Assembly: GCA_038322875.1 (NCBI GenBank)
Contig: JBBQGI010000004.1
Location: 1 to 53,421, forward strand
Direction: 5' to 3'
Source of the DNA: Candidatus Limnocylindria bacterium
Lineage (GTDB): Bacteria; Chloroflexota; Limnocylindria; QHBO01
DNA: 53,421 bases
The notes beneath the pieces are model-generated. The model searched no databases and was not told the origin of the DNA. It saw only the letters and a list, made by a program, of their open reading frames with translations. Of this stretch, positions 36,246 through 44,448 are shown one piece after another. Position 1 is the first letter of the stretch, and each line of letters starts with the position of its first letter. A program made the translations under genes and the position numbers.

Positions 36246-36821
36246 ATGACCGCCTACACCGTCCCGCCGCGCCGCGACCTGATCTCACGCGTCGCCCGCG
36301 AGATCGACGACTTCATGAGCTGGATGCTCTACGGCTCGGAGACGTGGCTGGTCGCGCTGCTGAAGGGCGTCCCCTTGCTGCTCTTCATCTACTTTGCGCT
36401 GGGCTACATCCCCAACTACGCGAACACCATCACGACCCTCTACCTGGGCTTCGGCAAGGACGTCGGCTTCCTGGTGGCAGTGGTGCTGATCGGCGGGCCG
36501 ACCTTTACCCTAATCCTGATCCTGGCCCTGTGGACCCAGGCGGCCCGTGGTCGCCGCGGCTTCGCCTGGTCGCTGATCAGGTTCCTGGACTTCCTGCAAT
36601 ACGTCGCGGTCGTGCTGGCGATCATCCCGTTCATGCTCTTCAACCTGGCCGGCGGCAGCCTCATCCCGCCGCTCTTTCCGCTACAGGCGCTGGCGCTCGG
36701 CGCGATGGCGGTTGGCGGCGGGGCGATGGGCCTCGCCTACCTGTACTTCGAATACCGCCGCATCAGCCGACGCGAGGCTGAGACTGCCGCCGCTGCGACC
36801 GCCGCCTGGCGCGGCGGATAG
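36246..36821 (+). CDS. Integral membrane protein of unknown function (about 4 TM)
   Basis: 7 nt after the cytochrome c stop; four hydrophobic segments. Confidence 0.8.
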   Translation: MTAYTVPPRRDLISRVAREIDDFMSWMLYGSETWLVALLKGVPLLLFIYFALGYIPNYANTITTLYLGFGKDVGFLVAVVLIGGPTFTLILILALWTQAARGRRGFAWSLIRFLDFLQYVAVVLAIIPFMLFNLAGGSLIPPLFPLQALALGAMAVGGGAMGLAYLYFEYRRISRREAETAAAATAAWRGG

Positions 36822-37174
36822 CTCGCCCCACGACCAGCTCCCGGCTGCTCCTCGCCCATCTCGCCTGGTCGCTTCTGGTCCTCGCCCTCGCCGGCGCCCT
36901 GGTCGGCGTGGAGGTGGGCAGCGCCTGTCCCCCCGGTGGGCCACTCGCCTTCGGCGATTGCCTGCGGGTACGGCCCTTCGCGCTGGGCGTGCTGGGCCTG
37001 GCCGCTGTCCTCTACGTCGCCGGCCTGTCGGCCGTGCTCGCCTGGGTCGGTCGCCTACAGCGCCGCGGCGTGGCCGATCGCAGGGCGGCGCGCGACTGGT
37101 ACATGCTGGCCGCAGTCGTCGGGCTGCCGGTGGCTCCTCTCCTCGCATTCACCCTCGTCTCGGCGCTCCGGTAG
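36818..37174 (+). CDS. Small membrane protein (about 3 TM); start uncertain (ATA 36818 or GTG 36908)
   Basis: The frame is open upstream of GTG 36908 and encodes a further TM helix (LLLAHLAWSLLVLALAGALVGV); Cys pair in CPPGGPLAFGDC. Confidence 0.6.
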   Translation: MARPTTSSRLLLAHLAWSLLVLALAGALVGVEVGSACPPGGPLAFGDCLRVRPFALGVLGLAAVLYVAGLSAVLAWVGRLQRRGVADRRAARDWYMLAAVVGLPVAPLLAFTLVSALR

Positions 37175-37183
37175 CATAGCCGC

Positions 37184-38638
37184 ATGACCTCGGCCAGCTC
37201 GGATGTCCTCCTCGCCAGCCTGAACGGGACCGCACGCATCGCGGGCTCGCGCCTGGAGGTGAGCGATGCTCCGCGCTTCCGGGCCGAGGCGATCGACTGG
37301 CTGGTCGAAGATGCGGTCTTCAACCCCGATGAGGCCCTGCGCGATGCCGCGCGCTGGCTGATCTGGAGCGCCTCGCAGGCGCTCGGCTGCGGCTCGACCA
37401 GCATCTACGACCTGTATATGGCGCGCGGCCGCGGCGACTTCCCACCGAGGCGCTTCACGATCCCGGCCATCAACGTGCGTGCTGCCGCCTACCTGACCGC
37501 GCGCCAGGCGTTCACCGCCGCGCTCGAGCGAGATGCCGGTGCGGTCATCTTCGAGATCGCCAAGTCCGAGATGTCCTACACCGACCAGCGCCCCGCCGAA
37601 TACGCCGCGGTCATCCTGGCCGCGGCGATCCGCTCGGGCTGGCTCGGGCCGGTCTTCCTGCAGGGTGACCATTTCCAGTTCAACGCCACGAAATGGGCGG
37701 CCGATCCGGGCGACGAGATGAGCGGCCTCAAGCAGCTCACCAGCGAGGCGGTGGCGGCCGGATTCCTGAACATCGACATCGACAGCAGCACGCTGGTCGA
37801 CCTTTCCAGGCCGAGCGTGGCGGAGCAGCAGGCGCTCAACGCCACCAACACCGCGGAGCTGACGGAGCTGATCCGCTTCATCCAGCCTGATGGCGTGACG
37901 ATCAGCATCGGCGGCGAGATCGGTGAGGTGGGGAAGGCCAACTCCACCGAGGAGGAGCTGCGCGCCTACCTTGGCGGCTATTTCGGAATCCTGCACGGCT
38001 CGGGCCTGCCGGGGATCAGCAAGGTGAGCATCCAGACCGGCACCAGCCACGGAGGCGTCGTGCTGCCTGACGGCAGCGTGGCGGAGGTGAGCATCGACTT
38101 CGACACCATGCAGCGCCTCTCGACGGTGGCGCGCGACGAGTACGGCCTGGCCGGTGCGGTCCAGCACGGCGCGAGCACCCTGCCGGATGAGGCGTTCCAC
38201 CACTTCCCCTTGAATGGCACCGCGGAGATCCACCTGGCCACCGGCTTCCAGAACATCCTGTATGACGACGGCGGGCTGCCCGCTGCAGTCCGCGCCGAAA
38301 TGATGGCCTGGTGCCTCGCCCACTGCGCGGACGAGCGCAAGCCCGGCGAGACCGATGAGCAGTTCCTGTACAAGACGCGCAAGAAGGCGATCGGGCCGTT
38401 CAAGCAGGCGCTCTGGACCCTCCCCGCCGATGCTGAGGCGCAGATCGGCGCCAACCTGCACGCCAAGTTCGGCCTGCTCTTCGACGAGCTGGGGATCGCC
38501 GGCACGCGCTCGGTGGTGGACCGATGGGTGACAATCCCCGACCTGCCGCGACCCCTGCCGGTGGCGCTGGGCGGTGGGGCGGAGCGGGCCGAGTTGGCGG
38601 GGGCATCGGCCTTCGAGGACGACGGGTCAGGCGAGTAG
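37184..38638 (+). CDS. fba: Class II fructose-bisphosphate aldolase (long form)
   Basis: PAINVR, FEIAKSE, QGDH, GGEIGEVG, GTSHGG, VQHGAST, EIHLATGFQN. Confidence 0.88.
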   Translation: MTSASSDVLLASLNGTARIAGSRLEVSDAPRFRAEAIDWLVEDAVFNPDEALRDAARWLIWSASQALGCGSTSIYDLYMARGRGDFPPRRFTIPAINVRAAAYLTARQAFTAALERDAGAVIFEIAKSEMSYTDQRPAEYAAVILAAAIRSGWLGPVFLQGDHFQFNATKWAADPGDEMSGLKQLTSEAVAAGFLNIDIDSSTLVDLSRPSVAEQQALNATNTAELTELIRFIQPDGVTISIGGEIGEVGKANSTEEELRAYLGGYFGILHGSGLPGISKVSIQTGTSHGGVVLPDGSVAEVSIDFDTMQRLSTVARDEYGLAGAVQHGASTLPDEAFHHFPLNGTAEIHLATGFQNILYDDGGLPAAVRAEMMAWCLAHCADERKPGETDEQFLYKTRKKAIGPFKQALWTLPADAEAQIGANLHAKFGLLFDELGIAGTRSVVDRWVTIPDLPRPLPVALGGGAERAELAGASAFEDDGSGE

Positions 38639-38660
38639 CAACCGTCGTGGCGTCGCCGTC

Positions 38661-38826
38661 CACATCGTCAGCCTATTACCTCCCGTGCTGCATCGGCACA
38701 TTTGGCCCTGCTGGCGTGCGCTTTCAGCACCTGGCGTGCTGCCACAAGGCGCAAACAGACGGATTCGACCCGAGGAACAGCCCCCGCGTGCTGTAGTAGC
38801 ACCATGGGTAATAGGCCGGCGTTGTG
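38661..38826 (+). ncRNA. Candidate 6S-like RNA (long rod with central bubble)
   Basis: 38661-38680 pairs with 38807-38826 (includes a perfect GCCTATTACC/GGTAATAGGC); inner stem GTGCTGC..CGGCAC/GTGCTG..GTAGCAC; asymmetric bubble; apical GCGCTTT/AAGGCGC and CAGCAC/GTGCTG. G.U pairs favour the + strand. Confidence 0.6.
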
Positions 38827-38837
38827 AGCCGGGCACG

Positions 38838-38868
38838 AAGAAGCCCCGGTGGTGGGCCGGGGCTTCTT
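38838..38868. terminator. 12-bp hairpin, probable (bidirectional) terminator
   Basis: AAGAAGCCCCGG-TGGTGGG-CCGGGGCTTCTT lying between the RNA candidate (+) and erpA (-). Confidence 0.7.
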
Positions 38869-38890
38869 AGGGTGTGGAGTCGAATGCAGA

Positions 38891-39322
38891 CTAGTGGCAG
38901 CCGCCTGCCTTGGCAGGGGAGCCATCTGTGTTGAAGGAGGAGCCGCACGAGCAGCTGCTCACCGCGTTGGGGTTGTTGATCGCGAAGCCGGAGCCCATCA
39001 GCGAGTCGACGTAGTCGATCTCGGCGCCGGCCACGTGCTGGGCGCTGAAGGCGTCGATCACGATCGGCACGCCGGCGTGGTCCTCGACGCGGTCATCCTC
39101 TGCGAACTTGTCGTCGAACGCCAGGCCGTAGCTGTAGCCGGAGCATCCGCCGCTCTTGACGAAGAGGCGCAGGGCCGCATCGGCCTTGCCTTCGCGCGAG
39201 CGCAGCTCCTGCACCTTGACCGCGGCCGCCTCGGTCATGCTGACCAGCAGCTCGGTCGTGGGTGCGGGAGCGACGGCCGGAGCCGAAGGGGCTGTCTGCG
39301 GCGTCGATTCAGTCATCGTCAT
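38891..39322 (-). CDS. erpA: A-type Fe-S carrier (ErpA/IscA/HesB)
   Basis: SGGCSGYSY, IDYVDSLMGSGF, NPNA..CSCGSSF; GAGGAG RBS. Confidence 0.93.
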   Translation of the reverse strand: MTMTESTPQTAPSAPAVAPAPTTELLVSMTEAAAVKVQELRSREGKADAALRLFVKSGGCSGYSYGLAFDDKFAEDDRVEDHAGVPIVIDAFSAQHVAGAEIDYVDSLMGSGFAINNPNAVSSCSCGSSFNTDGSPAKAGGCH

Positions 39323-39383
39323 GGGATCGGTCTTCTCCTCTGGCGCGGTGTGCGCCGCGTCGCTCGGAACGTACGCTTCGGAA

Positions 39384-39392
39384 AGTATAGCA
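39384..39392 (-). promoter_or_regulatory. Extended -10 promoter element for erpA
   Basis: TGCTATACT on the minus strand about 60 nt upstream of the start. Confidence 0.6.
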
Positions 39393-39575
39393 GCGGTGCC
39401 GGTTAAGCTCGCAATGCCCCGATCGGGTCATCTTGAGCAGCGTCCCTACCGTGGGGACAGTCGTGCCCAACCCTGATAGTGCCAATTGAACCGCTTGGGC
39501 GTCGCGCGCACAATGCGCTCGCAACCGATTGGACCGCCTGGCGCGTCTGACCGGTATGCGGGCGCGAGGGAAGTA

Positions 39576-40565
39576 ATGCGACGTTCGATGCTCGCGGTGG
39601 CCGTGCTGAGCGCTTGTGTCGCAACCGGATGTGCCTCCCGGTTTGGGGTCGACCAGTCCGGCAGCCCGCCGCCGACGACCTCGCCCCTCCCGACGACGCC
39701 CGGTGCTCCGCCCGACGAGCCCGGCCAAGTGGTCCAGGCGTACGGCGACGCGCATCCTGACGAGTTTGCCGGCGTCTACTTCGACCTTGAGAACGGGGAC
39801 CGACTGGTCGCTCGATTCACCGGCAACCTTGACGTTCATCAACAGGCGCTCGACGCCCTGCTCGGTTCGCCGGATCGCGTGCTCGTGCAGGGCGCGGTCT
39901 TCACCGCGGCGGCCCTGCAAAGGATCGTGGATGCGATCTTCAGCCATCACCAGCAGCTCGCCGATCAGGGAATCAACCTCTTGAGTGGAGGGGTGGACGT
40001 CATCGGGAACCAGGTCCAGGTCGGGGCGAAGAGCGACGATCCGCAGGCTAAGAGCACGCTGCAGGGGTACGGTCCACCCGGCACCATCGTCGCGGTCGTC
40101 TACCCGGCCGACAAGCCATGGACCCAGCCGAGCGAGGGACCCGGCTGGCGCCTGCTTGGCGCTTTCGACTCCGATCTGCCGTACACGGTCGCGGTCGCGA
40201 CCGATCGCCCCGGGCTCATGACGGAGTGGGAGCGATATGGGTTGCCGGGCGCTCCGCCGGCCTGGGACCCGTCGCGGGAGGTGGTTCTCATCCTAAGCGA
40301 CGCCCATGGCAGCAGCTGTCCCGAGCTGCGCCTCGACGGCGTGGTGATGGACGTCGCCGCCCGGCTGGTGTACGGCGAGTTCTCGGACCCGTATCAGCCT
40401 CGCGCATGCACGGCCGATCTGGCGGGCGGAAAGACGTTCGTCATGGCCGTCGAGAAGGACCTGTTGCCGCCCTCGCCATTCACCCTTCGGCTCCACGAGA
40501 AGCCGATCGGCTGTGAGCCGGACTGTGGCTCAGGCCCGTCAACACTCGACGTCGACCTTCGCTGA
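39576..40565 (+). CDS. Putative lipoprotein (protease-prodomain-like and PrcB-like segments)
   Basis: MRRSMLAVAVLSACVATGC lipobox-like signal; Pro-rich linker; domain similarity by eye only. Confidence 0.6.
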   Translation: MRRSMLAVAVLSACVATGCASRFGVDQSGSPPPTTSPLPTTPGAPPDEPGQVVQAYGDAHPDEFAGVYFDLENGDRLVARFTGNLDVHQQALDALLGSPDRVLVQGAVFTAAALQRIVDAIFSHHQQLADQGINLLSGGVDVIGNQVQVGAKSDDPQAKSTLQGYGPPGTIVAVVYPADKPWTQPSEGPGWRLLGAFDSDLPYTVAVATDRPGLMTEWERYGLPGAPPAWDPSREVVLILSDAHGSSCPELRLDGVVMDVAARLVYGEFSDPYQPRACTADLAGGKTFVMAVEKDLLPPSPFTLRLHEKPIGCEPDCGSGPSTLDVDLR

Positions 40566-40652
40566 GGCTGTGGCGGGCTTGCAGGTCAGCCATTCATTCC
40601 GTCGGGCGCCCGGTACACTCATCTCCCACCTGACGCAGCGAGGCACTGACGC

Positions 40653-41852
40653 GTGAAGCTTGCCAGCCGCATGGAGCGGATCGGAACCGAGACCGCCTTC
40701 GAGGCCGCCGCGCGCGCTCGGGCGCTGGAGGCGACCGGCCGCGACGTGATCCACCTGGAGATTGGTGAGCCAGACTTCGACACTCCGCGCCACGTCAGCG
40801 AGGCCGCAAGCCACGCTCTCCTCGACGAGAAGATGACGCACTACCCGCCGGCCGTCGGGATCGCACCGTTGCGAGCGGCCCTGGCCGCAGACGCCAAGCG
40901 CTGGAAGGGGATCGACGCCACGCCGGAGCAGGTGGTCGTCACGCCCGGCGCCAAGCCGATCATGTTCTACGCGATGCTTGCCCTGATCGACGAGGGCGAC
41001 GAAGTCATCTACCCGAATCCCGGCTTCCCGATCTACGAGAGCATGGCCCGCTACGTGGGCGGGGTGGCGGTTCCGGCGCCGCTGCGCGAGGCCAACGACT
41101 TCCGGATGGACGTCGCCGAGATGGCCTCGCTGGTGACCGATCGCACCCGGATGATCGTCACCAACTCGCCGCACAACCCGACGGGGTCGATCCTCACCCC
41201 CGACGACCAGCGCGAGATCGGGCGGCTCGCGGTCGAGCACGACCTGGTCGTCCTGGCCGATGAGATCTACGGCCGTCTCCAGTACGAGGGCGAGCCGCTG
41301 TCGATCGCGACGCTGCCAGGGATGGCGGAGCGGACAATTACGCTCGATGGCTTCAGCAAGACGTTCGCGATGACCGGCTGGCGGCTCGGGTACGGGATCG
41401 TGCCGACCTGGCTCATGCCGGCTTTCTCGGCCCTCGTGATCAACTCCGTGAGCGGCACCAACGCCTTCGCGCAGGCCGGCGCCGTGGTCGCGCTGACCGG
41501 GCCGCAGGACGCCGCCGACGCCATGCGCGCCGAGTTCATCGCGCGGCGGTCGCTGATCGTGGACGGCTTCAATGCCATCCCCGGCGTCACCTGCGTCATG
41601 CCCCACGGCGCCTTCTACGCCTTCCCAAACATGAGCTCGTTCGGCCGCCGCAGCAACGAGATCGCCGACCACCTCCTCTACGACGCGGGCGTCTGCGGCC
41701 TCTCCGGCACCTCGTTCGGCACGTACGGCGAGGGCTACCTGCGCTTCAGCTATGCCAATTCGCGCGAGAAGATCAGCGCGGCGCTGGAGCGGATCGGCGA
41801 GTCGCTGGCGAAGCTCGAGCGGACCGGCGAGCTCGTCGGCGCATCGGCCTAG
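40653..41852 (+). CDS. PLP-dependent aminotransferase class I/II (aspartate aminotransferase-like)
   Basis: IGEPDF, NSPHNPTG, DEIY, GFSKTFAMTGWRLG. Confidence 0.95.
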   Translation: MKLASRMERIGTETAFEAAARARALEATGRDVIHLEIGEPDFDTPRHVSEAASHALLDEKMTHYPPAVGIAPLRAALAADAKRWKGIDATPEQVVVTPGAKPIMFYAMLALIDEGDEVIYPNPGFPIYESMARYVGGVAVPAPLREANDFRMDVAEMASLVTDRTRMIVTNSPHNPTGSILTPDDQREIGRLAVEHDLVVLADEIYGRLQYEGEPLSIATLPGMAERTITLDGFSKTFAMTGWRLGYGIVPTWLMPAFSALVINSVSGTNAFAQAGAVVALTGPQDAADAMRAEFIARRSLIVDGFNAIPGVTCVMPHGAFYAFPNMSSFGRRSNEIADHLLYDAGVCGLSGTSFGTYGEGYLRFSYANSREKISAALERIGESLAKLERTGELVGASA

Positions 41853-41861
41853 CCAGGATCG

Positions 41862-44231
41862 ATGACGACCATCCAGCAGCGGACGGCGGATCGCCTCTAC
41901 GACGAGGCGGCCGGCTCGTTCGAGCACTGGGACCTGCTGCGCGAGGTCATCGACGAGTCGATCGACCTGGCCCTGAACTACCGCCAGAGCGGGCACCCCG
42001 GTGGCTCGCGGTCGAAGGTCCACATGTTCCTCGCCCTGCTCCTGTCCGGTGCGATGCGCTGGGACATCCGCAGGCCGTGGCGGCCGTTCGGGGATCGGTT
42101 CGTGCTCTCGGCCGGCCACACCGTGCCGCTCATCTATGCGACGCTCGCGGTGCTCAACGAGGTCATGCGGGCCCGTGCGGAGCGCGATCCCAACCCCGAA
42201 TTCGCCTTCCCCGATGACGGTCGCTGGGCGCTCACCTGGGAGGACCTCCTCAAGCTCCGGCATCGCGGCGGCCTCCCCGGCCACGCCGAGATGGAGGGCA
42301 AGACGCTCTTCCTGAAGTTCAACACCGGGCCGTCGGGCCATGGCATGCCGCCATCTGCCGGCGAAGCGGTGGCGCTCAAGCTCGCCGGCGCGGAGGAGGT
42401 AAAGGTCTTCGTGGTCGAAGGCGAGGGCGGCCTGACCCCCGGCGCCAGCCACGAGACGCGCAACTCGGCCTGGGGGCTCGGGCTCAACAACCTCGTCTTC
42501 CTGCTCGACTGGAACGACTATGGGATCGACGACCCGGCCGTCTCGTCAGTCGTGCCGGGCACGCCCGAGAGCTGGTTCACCGCCTACTCCTGGCGCGTGA
42601 ACGGGACCATGGAAGGGTCGGCATGGGCGCCGGTGACGCGTGCGGTGCTGGAGGCAGCGCGAGGCGAGAACCCGGATCGGGTCCCATCGGTCGCCTGGTT
42701 CAAGACGCGCAAGGGACGCGGCTATGGCAAGTACGACAACAAGAGCCACGGGTCGCCGCACGCCATGAACTCGCCCGAGTTCTGGGCGATCCGCAAGGAG
42801 TTCATGGAGCGCCACGGGGTGACCTACGCCGGCGTCGATGAGCCGGCACCCACGGACCCCGCCGAACGGGAGGCCCAGGCACGCCACAACTTCGGCGTGG
42901 CGATGGGCGTCCTGCGCAGCCGGACCGACGTGGTCGACGCCATCTCAGACCGGCTGGTCGAGGTTGCCGCCAGCGTCCCGGACCACCCCGCGGGCTTCAA
43001 CCTGGGTGGCCACGGCGCGGAGATCTTCAGCGACCCGCGCCTGACAGACGTCCACGCCTACCCCCCGGAGATCTGGAAGCAGCCGGGCGAGAAAGCCCCG
43101 AACCGGGCTGCCCTGGCTGCCTGGGGCTCATGGGTCAACGCCTATGCCAAGGCCGAGTACGGTCGCCCGCTCTTCATCGTCTGCTCGGCTGACCTGGCCG
43201 ATTCGACCAACATCATCGGCTTCGCGAAGGACTTTGGCGACATGCCGGGCTGGGGCTGGTACAACCGGGAGACGAACCCGCGCGGCACCCTCCTGCCGCA
43301 GCAGATCACCGAGTTCACGAACTCCGGCGTCACCGTGGGCATCGCCACCGTCAACCTGGCAGATGACCCGATGACCTCCTTCAACGGCTTCTGGGCCGCC
43401 TGCTCCACCTACGGCTCATTCTCGTACCTCAAGTACGGACCGATGCGCCTCTTCTCCCAGCTCGCCCAGGACTCCGAGCTGAAGCTCGGCAAGGTGATCT
43501 GGGTGGCGGGGCACTCCGGTCCCGAGACTGCCGAGGACTCTCGGACCCACTTCGGCATCTTCGCGACCGGCGTCACGCAGCTCTTCCCCGAGGGGCACGT
43601 CATCGACCTGCATCCATGGGAGTACAACGAGGTGCCGGTCGTGCTGGCCGCCGCGCTGGCGACCGATGTGCCGATCATCGCCCTGCACCTGACGCGGCCT
43701 GCCGTCGACATCCCGGACCGGGCGGCGCTGGGCATGGCCTCGCATTTCGAGGCGGCACGCGGGGCGTACCTGATCCGGGACGTGGCCCCGGGCACGGTCT
43801 CTGCCGGGACCGTCTACGTCCAGGGCACGGTGACCACGGCCAACGTCGTGAAGTCGCTGCCCGAGCTCGACCAGCGCGGCATCAACGTACGGATCGTGGC
43901 CTGCATCTCGCCGCAGCTCTTCCGCCGCCAGGACGCTGACTACCGGGAGGGAATCTGCTCCGCTTCGGACAAGTGGAGCGGGATGGCGATCACCAACCGC
44001 GCCTTCAAGCTGATGACCGACTTCGTGGAAGGACCGATCGCCAGGGAGTACTCGCTCTCATCGGACTGGGATGATCGCTGGCGGACCGGCGGCACCGTGG
44101 ACGAGGTGATGGACGAGGCGCACCTGGGACCGGGGCACATCCTGGAGGCAATCCAGCGCTACGCGGCGGATCGCGAGACGCGTCATGCGCGGCTGAAGGA
44201 GATCGTGGCCGGCGTCGATGACGCAGACTAG
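41862..44231 (+). CDS. tkt: Transketolase (divergent, single chain)
   Basis: SGHPGGS, FVLSAGH, LPGH, TGPSGHG, GEG..WND TPP motif, SADLADS, HSGPE..RTH. Confidence 0.85.
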   Translation: MTTIQQRTADRLYDEAAGSFEHWDLLREVIDESIDLALNYRQSGHPGGSRSKVHMFLALLLSGAMRWDIRRPWRPFGDRFVLSAGHTVPLIYATLAVLNEVMRARAERDPNPEFAFPDDGRWALTWEDLLKLRHRGGLPGHAEMEGKTLFLKFNTGPSGHGMPPSAGEAVALKLAGAEEVKVFVVEGEGGLTPGASHETRNSAWGLGLNNLVFLLDWNDYGIDDPAVSSVVPGTPESWFTAYSWRVNGTMEGSAWAPVTRAVLEAARGENPDRVPSVAWFKTRKGRGYGKYDNKSHGSPHAMNSPEFWAIRKEFMERHGVTYAGVDEPAPTDPAEREAQARHNFGVAMGVLRSRTDVVDAISDRLVEVAASVPDHPAGFNLGGHGAEIFSDPRLTDVHAYPPEIWKQPGEKAPNRAALAAWGSWVNAYAKAEYGRPLFIVCSADLADSTNIIGFAKDFGDMPGWGWYNRETNPRGTLLPQQITEFTNSGVTVGIATVNLADDPMTSFNGFWAACSTYGSFSYLKYGPMRLFSQLAQDSELKLGKVIWVAGHSGPETAEDSRTHFGIFATGVTQLFPEGHVIDLHPWEYNEVPVVLAAALATDVPIIALHLTRPAVDIPDRAALGMASHFEAARGAYLIRDVAPGTVSAGTVYVQGTVTTANVVKSLPELDQRGINVRIVACISPQLFRRQDADYREGICSASDKWSGMAITNRAFKLMTDFVEGPIAREYSLSSDWDDRWRTGGTVDEVMDEAHLGPGHILEAIQRYAADRETRHARLKEIVAGVDDAD

Positions 44232-44238
44232 GGGGGCC

Positions 44239-44442
44239 ATGTCGGACAGCAACTCACACCCGTACGAGCATCAGCCGCCGCGCCGCCCGACGCACCTGGC
44301 GCGCCGCACGACGCCGCCCCCGGAACATCCCGCCCCACCGAGCCTGCGAATCCTGGGGTATGTGGGCCTGGCGCTGACCGCGGTGGTTGTTGCGCTCGCG
44401 GTGCCGTACATCATCGGTTACCTGATCCAGGCGATCAGGTAG
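44239..44442 (+). CDS. Small single-TM membrane protein
   Basis: ATG 7 nt after the tkt stop; Pro-rich N-terminus and a C-terminal TM helix. Confidence 0.55.
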   Translation: MSDSNSHPYEHQPPRRPTHLARRTTPPPEHPAPPSLRILGYVGLALTAVVVALAVPYIIGYLIQAIR

Positions 44443-44448
44443 CTGCGC

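Noticed and set aside
38755-38775. GGGTCGAATCC on the minus strand resembling a tRNA T-arm
   Set aside because: No cloverleaf or CCA; the region folds better as a single rod on the + strand.
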